The notes under the pieces: model-generated
Database searches by the model: none
Seen by the model: only the letters and a program-made list of their open reading frames with translations
What the model was told of the DNA's origin: nothing
Part shown: positions 12,130-24,313 of the stretch, in pieces
How the letters are laid out: each line of letters begins with the position of its first letter
Numbering within the stretch: position 1 is the first letter of the stretch
Program-made: the position numbers and the translations under genes
DNA from: Schizochytrium sp. TIO01
Taxonomy: Eukaryota; Protista; Bigyra: Labyrinthulomycetes
NCBI GenBank assembly: GCA_004764695.1
Contig: SMSO01000034.1
Span: forward strand, 2,852,001-2,916,000
Length of the DNA: 64,000 nt
Direction of reading: 5' to 3'

Positions 12130-13799
12130 TTAAGAGCTTGAAGAAACACGAGAAACGAAAGTCAGAAACTCCGGTTCCAAGGAATCTGTGCACTCGTTGT
12201 CAATTTTTGACCCCCTTGAAGGTAGCTCATACAACCCAGCCTTGTGAGCCATATCACGGACACTTTTGGTATACTGAGCCTTCTTTGGTCTTTCGAGCAT
12301 TGCCATATTTCGGACGCCTTCGACCAGAATATTTGAACAAGCTTTAGTACGTAGCATACTGTGCACACCTGTATCTGCAACAAGATGTGCCGCAGAATTG
12401 GAAAGCCAAAGACCATCAAAGTGATCTTTATACCGTGAGCGGGATGTTAATGCTGTTTGTACACTATCTCCAGTCAAGAGAATAATGGAGACACGGTCTT
12501 TGAGCTGCATAATACCTTCAGTACATTCACTCGCAAACTTCTTAAGATCAGCAGGTCGCTCAACTCCACTGTACAAATCCCCTGCTCTGCGCATGCTGTA
12601 TGACTTACCACACTCTAGAGTATAGAGCATGGACAAAACATTAAAGACCGCGACATGGACAGCAGTATACCGATGTTGCTCAGTGGCTGTTCCCTTGTTG
12701 ACAATCTTAAAAAGATCATTAGCATGCTGGTTTGTTCGATCACAGTCTGTTCCCCATGCAAAGTATGGACTGACTTGTACATCTGTCCAAAAACCTCGAC
12801 GAAGCTTACTCATCCCACGTTCTCGACCCAAGGCAAACGAAGCAAGACTGCGATTAGGCATAGTATATGTTTCATCCCCGAATTCAAAAGCAATGCCTGT
12901 TTCTCGCCATTGACGGTATTGCTTGTAATGGATAATACTTGCTTGGGGTTTTACATGATTTTGATAGTCTCCATCAATAAGACCCGGTCGGTGATCATAT
13001 CTTTGTCCATAAAACTGTCGCAATCGGCCGTCGCGAAGACTGTCAACATCAAAGGGAGTATTCTCACTCCATGATTTCAGAATCTGCTCTAGGGCATCTG
13101 TTTCACGAAACTATTTCATGTAATACTTGCGTTAGTTCTTTGCTCATGTAATGCGAGGCAATCCCCACAGTGCTACATCTAGTGATCAAACTTACTTTGA
13201 GGTACGAAAGGTCCACTAATCGGCGTAGAGGGCCTTCATCATTGCATACAAACCGCACAAGGTTTGTTGCAACCTTAGCAATGTATTTACTCGTTCGCTC
13301 CTGCACCTTTGCATTGCCGAGAACTTCAAGGAAAATATTGACTCGCTTTTGAAGAGGCAACTCCCAATCTGTAGCAATCGCCAGCAGTAGCAAATGGCGT
13401 GCCAGGCTTTCAATCGGCGTGTCGAATAGATAAAGCTGTCTAGCAAGAAATACATCTTATGTCTCAGGGTTAGTCTGAGATCTGGGTCCTTCCCCCAAGG
13501 CTTAATCTGATAGGTGGTGAACTTACCCTAACCTTTTTCTCGCTGTTCTTTTGAGCTTGATCGCGACGAAGGTTCGCAATTGTACGCAGGACATGACGCA
13601 CGTCTCCAGCACCAATGCACAAAAAGCGCAACTCTTCGTCGTCACCATCCTCTAGCTGGATTTCGCTCCTCAGCTGTTCATTCCCAGTAGAGTTTTCCTT
13701 TGCTCGTGTTTCCCCACCACCAGTTGCATCGTAATATGTTTTGACCAAGTCCACGGCGGGAGACAAGCCCCAAAACTTGTGTACGCCCAAACCCTCCAT
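12130..13799 (-). CDS. DNAAF3: Dynein axonemal assembly factor 3 (PF22); 3 exons: 13799-13527, 13435-13196, 13110-12130
   Basis: FWGLSPAVDL, GAGDVRHVLRT, E.LARHLLLL, RLRQFYGQRYD, YRQWRETGIAFE, PNRSLAS, RGFWTDV..SPY motifs. Two phase-0 GTAAGT...CTAAC...AG introns (13526-13436, 91 nt; 13195-13111, 85 nt) join the three ORF pieces in frame. Confidence 0.92.
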
Positions 13800-14482
13800 A
13801 TCTGTTATTCAAGCGAGTTCTCCTGCTCTTTTCCTTCAGTATTTGTCTATTCTCTAATGGCTCGTGTTTCCACTAAACGCGAGCTCTCCTGCTAGACCAA
13901 CTCAGGTTCAATCTCACAGACGGCCAACTCGAACTGCAAGTCGTCAAGAGGATCAATTAAATGAGGACATCCCCGTTTGCCAATGCTTCACATAATCCTT
14001 GTCCCAAACATAGCGAACAACACACACATTACTGTGAACGCAGTCCCATCATATTCCACATAAGGATCATCCAAATATGTTGCCAATATCAACGGTCGAA
14101 CGGCAAGTAGGACCAAACTTGGTACCGGTACCAAAGAAGAAACACCTTCTCTACAGACCACCTTAAATTAAACCCCTTCATAAACAGATAGATCACTGCT
14201 GATTGGCGACTCCGCGCATAGCAAACTATTGCATGATGCACCTTAATAACCTCACCCGTGGTTCTTGCAATGTAGTTTTTTCCAGCCGTGAATGAGCGGT
14301 ACACACCCCGTTCGCACGAAACGGTCTCCTGGATTTGCAGTTCCGGTCATCGACGTCGATAACAACTGTTCTCGAGCCTTTTGAAAGGTTGAAGCAACTT
14401 CTGGAGGGGCTCGAGGCACTAGGATGCTCGGCGGGGACCAAACAGATACGCAGAACCGTCGGGGCAAAGAGGTGACACTGCG

Positions 14483-17074
14483 ATGCGGCGCAAGAGCCGC
14501 GGCGATCGCGAGGGGTTGCGCAGACTGCTCGTGCTCGGTGGCGAAGATGGTCGCGTAGAACAAGAGACGAAGTTCGAGCCAAGGAGGATGGAGTCGCCCA
14601 AAGCAATGTTTAGGCCTGTGAGGCCGCACTCAGCGTTGCTACAGCCTAGACAGCAGCAATCGCAACAGCAACAGCATGATAAAGCTAACAATGCTCGTGA
14701 CACGCATACTGTCATGAGGCCACGCCCACAGACAATGCCTTCTCAGACTATGCAGGGCACTCAAGTTCATAAGCTTCAGCGTGAGCATGGCCAGATGAGA
14801 CGTTCAACGTCGGTAACACCGACCTATATTGCCTCCTTAAGTGACGATGATGAAACCGAAGGCGATGATGATGAGGAGGAGGAGCGCGACGAAGGCGAAG
14901 GCGACAGCGTTGACACAGCTTCTTGGGGTCGCGCCCCGACAAATCGACAAAGGCCATCATCACTTCCGTCTAGGGCTGGGAAAAATGGAGTTCCTTCGTC
15001 ATCTTCTTCAAGATCAACGGCATCTGCATCTTCGTCACAGCAGCGACATCGCTCCCTCAAACGGGTCCGCGTTGCCATTCGCTGCCGGCCTGTCTTCCCA
15101 AGGCTTGATTTCCCAGAGCATAATAATGAAAGCGATATGCAACCAGCTGTGGAGACTCGTGCGAGTAGCCCTTCAAAATCTGGATATGGCCAGGTTCATG
15201 TCTATACATCTCAGCATAGTCGCGTTTCGAAAAATTTCTCCTTCGACCACGTGTTTGGTCCTGAATCAAGCCAAAGCAAAGTCTACGAAGTGCTAGCACA
15301 ACCCATTGTGAGCGACGTTCTCCATGGTATGAACGGGGCAATTATTGCGTATGGGCAGACAGGTACAGGGAAAACCTACACTATGGGCATCCTTGATCGC
15401 GTTTCAATGCAAGAATCTAATGGCATTATTCCCAGTGCTCTACAGCAAATATTTGACGAATTAACCCAGGAGTTTGGCAAGCAACAACATTCATGTGAAA
15501 AAGGTCGCCAATGTGGTTGTGGCTGGACTGTGGAACTCTCATTTTTGCAAATTTACCTTGAAACTCTACAGGACCTTTTTGCGCCATACTTTGGAAATAA
15601 TGTGCAGGAGCCACTTTCAATGCGGCAAGATCCTAAAGAGGGTTTCTTTGTACAAGGTTTACAAAGCGTCCCGGTCACCTCCTTCTTTGAGGCCCTTACA
15701 TTGATCAACCTAGGTCTTGAAAGTAGACAAATGGCAAGCACTGGAATGAATGCAGCTTCATCTCGAAGTCACACAGTGCTGACCGCTGAAATCACCGTGC
15801 ATCGCTGTCAAAAAAGGGTGTCATCAGACTCAGGTGTGACGACAACAGTTTCTCGTCTTCGCTTGGTAGACCTTGCAGGGTCTGAACGTGTTCGCACTTC
15901 TTCTAGAGCTAACACTCAGGTTAAAGAAGCGCAGTCAATCAACAAATCTCTTTCAGCACTTGGCAACGTTGTTGCAGCACTTGCGCAACGAGACCAACAA
16001 GGCATGGCATTGAGTACGAGTCGACCAAGCACTTCAACAACAGTATCTTCGAGTTCGTTTGGAACAAATCCGGCATCACGGTCTCAAGCGTCGGTTCACA
16101 TCCCTTTCCGTGGCTCGCAATTGACGAAGATTCTTCAGGACACACTTGGCGGGGGCGCCGGTGGGTCCAATACAGTGCTCGTCGCTACAGTAAGTCCGAG
16201 TCCAGAGAGTTGCCGTGAGACCTTGTCCACCCTCAAATTTGCCTCGCGATGTATGCGTGTTCGCTCGTCAGCACAAATAAGACGTCACGAAAGTGGAAGC
16301 GTTGATTATGCTCGTCTTTGCGCAGATCTTCAGCAACGTCTGGACCTCGCACAGACAGAGTTTGCTCGGCGAGAGGCAATGCTAAGAAAGTCTTACGAGT
16401 CAAGAATTGCAGAGCTAGCACGCGGTGAGGGTTCAATTGGGAACCATGCCTTATTCTTTGATATGTACCGAACGGTAATGGAGCTCGAGACAGGCTTTCG
16501 CAAAAGACTGGATGAACAGCGAGGTTCCCTCGGCAACTTTGTCGCTGAACAGGTTCCGGAAGGTCGTCAGGCAAAGTTGCTGAGTGTGATAAATAATAAT
16601 ACACAGCCTCGACGCGATGAACAGTTAGCAATCAGGGTTGCAGACTCCCTAGGAATGGATCGTTCTGAGGTCACCAAGTCGCATTTAACAAGTGAGCCTT
16701 TACCACCTGGAACTAGCGCTGAAGAGCTTGCAATCCACGCTCGAATTGCATCTGAGGCACTTCGCATTGAAGCTGACGATGCAAACACGCTGCTCCATTT
16801 TGTTATGGACGAACTCCTTGCTCAGTATGCTCAAGGCGCAAAGCAAGAGGAAGACCTCGCAAATTGCTCGACAATTTTGGAGTTCTTACTCAAAACAAAC
16901 GCAGACCTGCGAGCAGAGATTTGCGCCGTAGGTCCAGCGGATACATGGCCCCAGCAATTCTGCCAGGTCCCTCCATCGCAACACGTGCCGCACGGAAACC
17001 GTGATCAGCTCCAGCATAATCGGGTACGCCAGCCGCTTCGCACATCTCAACTTGACCAATATCTTGGCCAGTAG
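14483..17074 (+). CDS. Kinesin motor protein (internal motor domain, ARK-like neck, coiled-coil tail)
   Basis: RVRVAIRCRP, FSFDHVF, AYGQTGTGKTYT (P-loop), SSRSH (switch I), LVDLAGSER (switch II), HIPFR.S.LT.ILQD.LGG, ETLSTLKFA. The true start could be 14483 or 14588. Confidence 0.95.
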   Translation: MRRKSRGDREGLRRLLVLGGEDGRVEQETKFEPRRMESPKAMFRPVRPHSALLQPRQQQSQQQQHDKANNARDTHTVMRPRPQTMPSQTMQGTQVHKLQREHGQMRRSTSVTPTYIASLSDDDETEGDDDEEEERDEGEGDSVDTASWGRAPTNRQRPSSLPSRAGKNGVPSSSSSRSTASASSSQQRHRSLKRVRVAIRCRPVFPRLDFPEHNNESDMQPAVETRASSPSKSGYGQVHVYTSQHSRVSKNFSFDHVFGPESSQSKVYEVLAQPIVSDVLHGMNGAIIAYGQTGTGKTYTMGILDRVSMQESNGIIPSALQQIFDELTQEFGKQQHSCEKGRQCGCGWTVELSFLQIYLETLQDLFAPYFGNNVQEPLSMRQDPKEGFFVQGLQSVPVTSFFEALTLINLGLESRQMASTGMNAASSRSHTVLTAEITVHRCQKRVSSDSGVTTTVSRLRLVDLAGSERVRTSSRANTQVKEAQSINKSLSALGNVVAALAQRDQQGMALSTSRPSTSTTVSSSSFGTNPASRSQASVHIPFRGSQLTKILQDTLGGGAGGSNTVLVATVSPSPESCRETLSTLKFASRCMRVRSSAQIRRHESGSVDYARLCADLQQRLDLAQTEFARREAMLRKSYESRIAELARGEGSIGNHALFFDMYRTVMELETGFRKRLDEQRGSLGNFVAEQVPEGRQAKLLSVINNNTQPRRDEQLAIRVADSLGMDRSEVTKSHLTSEPLPPGTSAEELAIHARIASEALRIEADDANTLLHFVMDELLAQYAQGAKQEEDLANCSTILEFLLKTNADLRAEICAVGPADTWPQQFCQVPPSQHVPHGNRDQLQHNRVRQPLRTSQLDQYLGQ

Positions 17075-17375
17075 ATCCAGTAGATACACTTCCTTCTTTC
17101 AGGACAGATAATGTTTACTCTTAACCATCCAATTTCACTTCAACGTTTTCCTTCACTTTTGAAAATAATTGCAAATGAATAATCGCAAATTAATGAGCGC
17201 CATTCGGTAGGAATATAACAACTTAAAAAAGCAAAGAAATCCCAGGATGTCTAATTTTGATACTTGCAAAATGTTATGATACTGTACAACCATAACTCGA
17301 TTGTAATACGAAGACTGAGAAAATCAGAAATAAAGACTGACTAGAATTATGCTGTTGCTCAATAATAATAAAAAT

Positions 17376-19184
17376 TTAACTAGGATCTGTCGGGTTTCGC
17401 TTCGTGCGAAGTCGAGCTTCAAGGGAGGAGTTGGCATTGAAATCAGATTTAATGAGAGTCGCAGTTCTCGAAGAGTCAAGTTTCTGAATGGGTTTCTGCT
17501 CTTCTGCTGCCTCAGCTTCTCTAGTTTTGCGAAAGGCTTCTAGCTCCTGTTTTCGCAGCTCTTCGTTCTTTTGACCTGCACGTTGCATTGCTTCGAGGCG
17601 AGCAAGACGGTCGTCGTTGCTGCTCGACGAAACAGGAGATTTTGCATGCACTGAGGCTTCCGCTAAGTCGAAACGTTTACCTTCACGCTTTTCCTTCATC
17701 CTTTGCAGGTATTCAGCACGACTAGCGATCATTTCTGCACTGGGACCAAGCGAGTCGTCATCGTTTGAGGGGGGGCGCGCTGGGCCGTGAGCGCGAGGAC
17801 CTGTGAGCTGCAGGCCGTAGCCCGGTAGCTTGGGCGGTCCATTCTGCGACTGGCTTTGTCCGGACTTCTCTTCATCATGACGGGTTGTGAGATGTTCCTG
17901 GCTCCTTCCACCCAGTGATTGCCCACGGTCTTGGTGCTGTTCTTCTCTTTTTTTCTCCAAATCATTGTCTTGATCTTTTCGAATGTCCCGTCTGCCATCA
18001 TCACCACTTTCATCACTATAATAGCGGCTGCGGCTTCGTGAGCTCTTTTTATGGTGGTGGTGACGACTAGACGACGAGTAGGAGGACTTGTGGCGATGTT
18101 TTCTATCACGTGATTCTCTACGGCTCCCACCTTCGTCGCTCGAGCGAGAGGTGTCCCCGTCACCTCTATCTTCACCTTCACCACGGTCGCGATGTCTGCT
18201 GCTGCTTGTCCTTGAACTTTTATGCTTGCGGTGTTTGTGCTTCCTATCTTTATCTCTGCGGCCCTCTTCCTTGCCACTCTCATCTTCCGATGATCTAGAT
18301 CTCTTCTTCTTATTCTTGCTGCTCTTGCTCTTTTTTGATTTCCTCCTGCTGCTGCTGCTGTGTCGTTTCCTTCGTTTCCTGCTTTCCTCCTGGTCTAGTT
18401 CCGAGCCCCTACGACTGCCACTTGATCTTCCACTGATGCTGGACCCTGACTCTGAGTCGCTGTCACTGTCACTGTCGCTGTCACTTTCGCTGTCATCATG
18501 TCTGCGTCTGTGACTGCTGCTCTTGCGTCGCTTACGACGCGAGCCTTCGTCTTCTCTGCGATAATCTTTGCGATGGTCGCTGCGTCGTCTTCGCTTTTCG
18601 TCTCTGTGTCTATCTTTTGAATCACGTTTCTCGCCTACACTTTCCCCTCCCTTCCTTCGACCCCTTTCGACCTCCCTTGCAGAGGTACATGAGCTGGTTT
18701 TAGAGGCATTCCGGTAGTCCTCAGTGCGCTCCTGTTGCATCATTGCAAACATGGGGTCTTCGTGGCGCAGGTGGAAGTCCTCATTCTGCTCCGAGGCTTG
18801 TGCCTGCATCCATAGGGATCCGACAACATTTTTGGCATTGGCTTTGGCTTCCTGGTCCTCCGCATCTGCTTTGAGCTGAGCCTGTTTCTCGCCAAGTAGC
18901 ACAGCTTCTGCCTCTTGAGCACGTTCCTCAGCAGTCTGCTGCGGGCCACGATACATCCAGGAGAGTTTCTGCCGCGCGGTGGCCTCGCGTGTCTTAAGGC
19001 CTGAGCGCTCCTGGAGCTCCTCAAAGCGCTCCTGCTCGCGCTCCTCGGCCATCTGCTTCTGCAGCTCCAGCACCTTCTTGCGCTCGGCCGCATCCTCCTG
19101 CTCGCGCTGCCGCACCTTGTCTACATTGGCCTTGTTGCTCGTGTGCCAGCTCTTCTTCGACAGGTACGACCTGCTCGTCTTCAT
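17376..19184 (-). CDS. CWC25: Pre-mRNA splicing factor CWC25 homolog with long RS/SD/HK-rich region
   Basis: N-terminal L.KKSWH...N..KV...EQ....ERKK..ELQ.....ER, KL.WMY.GP and EDPM motifs typical of CWC25. First ATG at 19184. Confidence 0.85.
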   Translation of the reverse strand: MKTSRSYLSKKSWHTSNKANVDKVRQREQEDAAERKKVLELQKQMAEEREQERFEELQERSGLKTREATARQKLSWMYRGPQQTAEERAQEAEAVLLGEKQAQLKADAEDQEAKANAKNVVGSLWMQAQASEQNEDFHLRHEDPMFAMMQQERTEDYRNASKTSSCTSAREVERGRRKGGESVGEKRDSKDRHRDEKRRRRSDHRKDYRREDEGSRRKRRKSSSHRRRHDDSESDSDSDSDSDSESGSSISGRSSGSRRGSELDQEESRKRRKRHSSSSRRKSKKSKSSKNKKKRSRSSEDESGKEEGRRDKDRKHKHRKHKSSRTSSSRHRDRGEGEDRGDGDTSRSSDEGGSRRESRDRKHRHKSSYSSSSRHHHHKKSSRSRSRYYSDESGDDGRRDIRKDQDNDLEKKREEQHQDRGQSLGGRSQEHLTTRHDEEKSGQSQSQNGPPKLPGYGLQLTGPRAHGPARPPSNDDDSLGPSAEMIASRAEYLQRMKEKREGKRFDLAEASVHAKSPVSSSSNDDRLARLEAMQRAGQKNEELRKQELEAFRKTREAEAAEEQKPIQKLDSSRTATLIKSDFNANSSLEARLRTKRNPTDPS

Positions 19185-20552
19185 CTTTGCCGTGTGAAAG
19201 GGCTCAAGCCCAGACTCCAAATCTCACAGCAATCCAGGCCGGCCGATCCACCCGCGCACGGGCTCGACCTGCAGAGCAGCAGACGCCCTCGCAGTCAGAC
19301 GCCCTCGCAGGGCTCGCGTGCCGAGGCTGCGCGTTGTGGGTCTGAGCGGTCCACGGCTGCAGAGCTTAGTTCTTTGGATGCTCCAAATTCAGAGAGAGAG
19401 AGAACGATTTTCAGTGCCTTTGCAAAGTCAAACAACTCTCAACAACAACAACAATGAACAACACAGATCCAAACCCAAATTCTCTCAATTAAATCCAAAT
19501 GCAAATTCTGAGATCGCCTCGACACTCATTTTCATCCGGTCGACCACAGGCACTGCGAGGATGGAAGCACCGGGCACGAAAGGCATCGCGACCTCCCGAA
19601 TTGCTTGGCGTCCAAGGTCGTGCGTGGTAAAGAGGACTCGAAGGTTTGGTATTGATTTCTGTAAACTTGGACTTGGGCAATAAGGATTCATTTTGTCCAG
19701 GAGCAGCCAGCTAGGAAACCAACTCGAAGCCACTCGAGTTCAATTCCGATTCAAGCTCGAGTGCGACGCGGCGTTCACTTCTGCAGCGGTTGGCACGCTG
19801 AGAAGCACTGCCGTCTTTTCGTGAGCAAACGTCTGGAGAGCTAATTAGCTTAGGCAGTGTCAGCGAGAGGCATACTTCGGAAGCGCTCACCTGCCATGAT
19901 GGAGGTCTTCGCGCAGCTCGTGAACGGAGCGCAGGATCCGCTGCGGATGTACAGGGACATGCAGCAGCAACTGAGAGTAAGTCAGTGGGAGTAAGAGATG
20001 AGATGAAGCACGGAAATGATGGCGATGAACTTGGAGATGAGGGCAAAGCGAGGTCTTCGTTGCCCAAAGCAGGGAACTAATAAGGCTTTTCTGATCCTGA
20101 TGCTGCTTAACAGGAATTTGTAAATGAGGGATTTATGAATGCGCCCCACTTGAAATGGTATGGTATGGAGGGTAATATTCTCCTCTTTGGGCTTCTTCTG
20201 TTGCTTCTATGCTTGAATGTGTGCGCATGGAGGTTCAATGAGCGCCACCTCGCCCGTTGGCACCGACTGAAGCTTGAGTAGTAGTTGCAAAGCGCTTTGC
20301 AAACAGAGCACCACCTTGATCTAACTAGATAAGAATGCCAGATTCCATGCATGCTTTAGGTATGCAGTGCCTTAATGTATTTATGATGATGAACAACTGC
20401 TTTCTGAAAAGAAAAACCGAAGCAGGAAACCCAGAACGAACAAGCGTTTAAGAGATTAAATAAACATAAACAAACAATTTAGTAGCTGAACTGATAGAGC
20501 ACTCTCTTCGAAACGAGTAAATAACATTGTCAAAATGCTTATATTGATTTCC

Positions 20553-22397
20553 TTAATCCTGAATATAGTCACAATACTGTTGGCGCAAACCACCAGAAAC
20601 CAGCCCGCCTGCTGCATCGACCGCGCAAACACACATATCTTGGCCAACACAATTCGTGAAGTGATCTCCGCCAGAAATAATATAAGCCACACCAACATTC
20701 CCAAACCAAACTGCTGCAAAGAGCATCACGGAAAATAGACGGTGTCGGCGATCAAACACCCAACCGAGATCAAAGCCGCGTTGCTTTTCAATGCTAATGC
20801 ACAATGAGTCAACCAAAATCTCTGCTGCAACCTGCTTCGCTGCACTAGATAAAGCATCATTGACTATCGTAGCATGGTCTACATGAAATGGGTCCTTTAA
20901 TCCCACATAATACTCGATTGGAAAGCGAAGAACCTCATTCTCAAAAAGAATAATAACGATGGACGCTGTAAATATTGCAGTGTACTCAGTCAGCATCTCG
21001 CCGACCAGTGGAATAGCATACCAGCGCTGTGATTCGCTGAGTGCCACTGACTTCTTTGATGCACCAACGCGTGGACTATTTTGCTTCTGTCCAGGTCCCA
21101 CGAAACGATCAAGGCTGTTCTGATAGTTATCATTTGTCCGAACCCATGCTAGGTTTATTCGAGGACTTTTGGGCTCAACATTTGATTCACGGGTCGACGA
21201 ATTCTCGTGTACAACCCGTGAGGAAAAGCGCTTCCAGCGTCGAAATCGGGTCATTACCCCAGATGTTATTCTTTGGAGCCAAAGTTCCCGATAAGGTTGT
21301 GATAATCGAAGTGCGACCTCTTGAATACTTTGATAAATAAGAACTCCAGTTAAGGTACTGTTTGATTGAAGACGAAAGAACTTCAGGCGTACATATATTG
21401 ATGCCAAGTACTGAAACCACAACACAAAAAGCCATGTCACGCGTCGATCGACACCTCCTGCAACAGGGCTTAATGCCATATGCCTCGCACTGGACTTTAC
21501 AAAGGCATATGCAAGCTCGCGAAAAACAGGTAAAATTATGATGAGCTGAAGGACGTTTGCCATCTCCTGAGATTCCCATTCCGAGGTGAGCGCATTTGTC
21601 TGGGTTACACCCAGGCCTATTGCAAACGCAGAAACTTGTTGTAGTATTAACATCAAAATGTGTCTTCGATTTTCTGTGGTTGTGACACTCAACACTACTC
21701 CGGGCCAAGAAATTATTGGGACAATCTTTGAGAGAATTGTGAGATGATAGACCCTGTGCATGCACATACAACTAACCATAACTGTGAGAGATAGAAATAT
21801 GACTATGAAACTTCGTTTCAGTGACAACCTTAAATAAATGAGTGTGCTCACAGGGAGATAAAGCGGCCAAATTATATCCCAATGAGGACGGAATGATCGT
21901 ATAAACGCATTCTCTCTATTATCAGGAATATAAATATGTTCTTTTGCAGTGTAGTTTACATACATAAAATCTAGAAAGGTATCTGACCTCGCCGGAACCC
22001 AAAAGATGGCAATTGTGCTGACACCAATAAGTGAATAACAGATGAGCCGTAGTGTAAGCATCACCGCATCCAAAAATATGACAATACTCTTCGCTGCTGA
22101 GCTCTCAAATACCATTCCATCTATTGAACTATCCTGGCGTGCATTTCCAAGCATGATCCATTCCAATGCTCTACGTTCTGGTGTCTTTGGGACAAGTGGT
22201 TCATCTTGCTCTGCGCTGTGCGAAGACATTGGTTCCTCCGATACTCTGGACTCTGCTGTCTTGGGACTGGATTGTTCTTCTTGCTCCACATTCTGTGGAT
22301 ACATCAGCGACTTTGTTGTATTTGGTTCATGAGTATTTGTTACATCTATGGAGGGATCTAGATTTCGTAGCTCTGCAACAAGGTCCTTCGAATCCAT
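20553..22397 (-). CDS. Multi-pass membrane protein of unknown function (about 10 hydrophobic segments)
   Basis: 614-aa intact ORF with many TM-length hydrophobic stretches, a basic cytosolic-type loop and a Cys-rich C-tail (C.GQDMCVC...C). Confidence 0.8.
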   Translation of the reverse strand: MDSKDLVAELRNLDPSIDVTNTHEPNTTKSLMYPQNVEQEEQSSPKTAESRVSEEPMSSHSAEQDEPLVPKTPERRALEWIMLGNARQDSSIDGMVFESSAAKSIVIFLDAVMLTLRLICYSLIGVSTIAIFWVPARSDTFLDFMYVNYTAKEHIYIPDNRENAFIRSFRPHWDIIWPLYLPVSTLIYLRLSLKRSFIVIFLSLTVMVSCMCMHRVYHLTILSKIVPIISWPGVVLSVTTTENRRHILMLILQQVSAFAIGLGVTQTNALTSEWESQEMANVLQLIIILPVFRELAYAFVKSSARHMALSPVAGGVDRRVTWLFVLWFQYLASIYVRLKFFRLQSNSTLTGVLIYQSIQEVALRLSQPYRELWLQRITSGVMTRFRRWKRFSSRVVHENSSTRESNVEPKSPRINLAWVRTNDNYQNSLDRFVGPGQKQNSPRVGASKKSVALSESQRWYAIPLVGEMLTEYTAIFTASIVIILFENEVLRFPIEYYVGLKDPFHVDHATIVNDALSSAAKQVAAEILVDSLCISIEKQRGFDLGWVFDRRHRLFSVMLFAAVWFGNVGVAYIISGGDHFTNCVGQDMCVCAVDAAGGLVSGGLRQQYCDYIQD

Positions 22398-24313
22398 ATT
22401 GCTTCACCAAGACAGCATTTCAAGACCTTTTGATATGCGCCATGCGCTAAAAGGAAGTATCCTTTAATGCTCAAAGGTCAGTGCCGAATCAGTAGCATGG
22501 GTTCACCTGGAACATCAACGAACTATTTTAGGTTTGCATCACCTTAAGCAACATGAATGTACTTTAAGAAGAACTTTTGCAATCATAGTGCCTGGTCTGC
22601 GCCCCTTCATCCCCTGGCTTTTTTTTGGCTTCTTGTTATCGTCCTCCTTATCATAAAATTGATGATGTCGTTGAAACCCCCTTACAGCAGTAACTCGACA
22701 CTCAACGAGTTTTTCAAGATTAGCGTCACACTAGCTTCTATGGTTTAGGACACCTGAGACTCAGGGCACATAGCGGTAACGAACTAATTTTTGTAGTAGT
22801 GCAGTCCTACAAGAACCGAGTAAAAGGCCCACTGACTCCCCTGGTCCAAACTCTAAGAATAAAAGTACAATCACTTTATTGTCTGTACCTTCAAGGCTTT
22901 TTTTTCTTGCGTTAGGCTTAATTTAGAATTTAAATTAACGATCTTCGTGGGGCGGGATGCAAGAATCAAGAAGACTACTCTTATTTGTGGCAGGCTTAAC
23001 TGCGTTTTCTCTTTCATTTCGTGCGGGTAAGACTGAGAAAAGACTGTGAGATTCTTTGCGCTCTTAGTACCACGAAGGGAAGGACTTCCAATATTTTTAT
23101 GAAGCTATCTGGTTGATGTTCAAGACTGACTACAGTACCTTGTATCCCTGACAATTGCTTCTCCATTGGTCCAGCGATTGCTCGACTTAACTTGCCAATT
23201 CTCTCTTGCAAAATTTTGTTCTTCTTACCTTTAAGTCGTCTTGTTATCCTCAGTTTATATGAGGTGGGTATAATTCGGTACAGTAGCTCGCAGTCTTGTC
23301 TCTCTTTGCTCAATATCACTGATTTGTATATATTGAAAGTACAACACTTTCTCGGGAAGTAAATTTCACCCCCGTTTCTTTACAAATATTGTTGTGACCC
23401 TTCATTTTACCTGTAACGCTGCAGCATTGGCTCGCTTTATCAGGTTGACATTTTAAAAGCAAATGACATCTTCAACTTCGAAACTTTTTTGGTGCCAGCT
23501 ACTCATAGCTTGACTACACACAGATCTAACTAGGTCCCGGCGTGCAGGCTCGCGGTATAAAAACCCATTTTACTTGTATAAAGACCCTCCCCTTTACAAC
23601 AAGTCTACCCAAAAAATTCTCGCCACGCCACTGGTAACGCATCACGATCCGTTACGGGCGGAGTTGAGCAGCGCTTCCGAATCCGGCGGCTGTGTAACTT
23701 CGGGGTCCCGTAACTTTAAGACCCCTCAGCAACGATTTATTTTCGTCTGAAAAAATCAATGATATTTCTGCCCAAATCATCTCTTGCGGAGACCACGCAA
23801 GCTGCCTAAAGAAGCAAGCCTCTTCAAAAGCGCAAGCGCAGCACCACGCGCGAATCGCCACCGCAGCGTCGATATAGCCGCGGCGGCTGGTCTCAGCTAC
23901 TCTAAGGAGAGCTATTTAGAAGCTAGAGCCTGGTTCTGGAACGGAGCTCGGATAACCTGCTGGCTTGCGAGCTTCCCAGATTTCGTGCAAGCCCGAATCT
24001 GTCGCGGTTGCTATTGCTGCTGCCGTTGTTGAGAGCCCTCAATTTCCTTCTTCTCCTCCCTTCGTTTCTTTCCATCAGTTCTTGGGGTCTCTTGGCTTGG
24101 CGGACTCTGAAAAGTTAGCTGCAAGCAGATAGGCCTTTCTTTCGTTTCTCCAGTGCTCTAACTATCTTATCTCCCTGATATCTTTGGTGTCTCAAAGTTC
24201 TTCAATCCTTGAGATCAAATCGATTTTTTGTACAAGTTGAAGACTCTGAATATATATACTTCGGGATATCTTCGTACTGTTGTTTTTAGAGCGAATACGA
24301 AGCAGAAGCCAAA

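Noticed and set aside
12130-13799. Three separate minus-strand ORFs suggesting frameshifts or separate genes
   Set aside because: Fully explained by two canonical introns in DNAAF3.
17729-18625. Several overlapping ORFs within CWC25
   Set aside because: Alternative-frame and antisense products of low-complexity RS-rich coding sequence.
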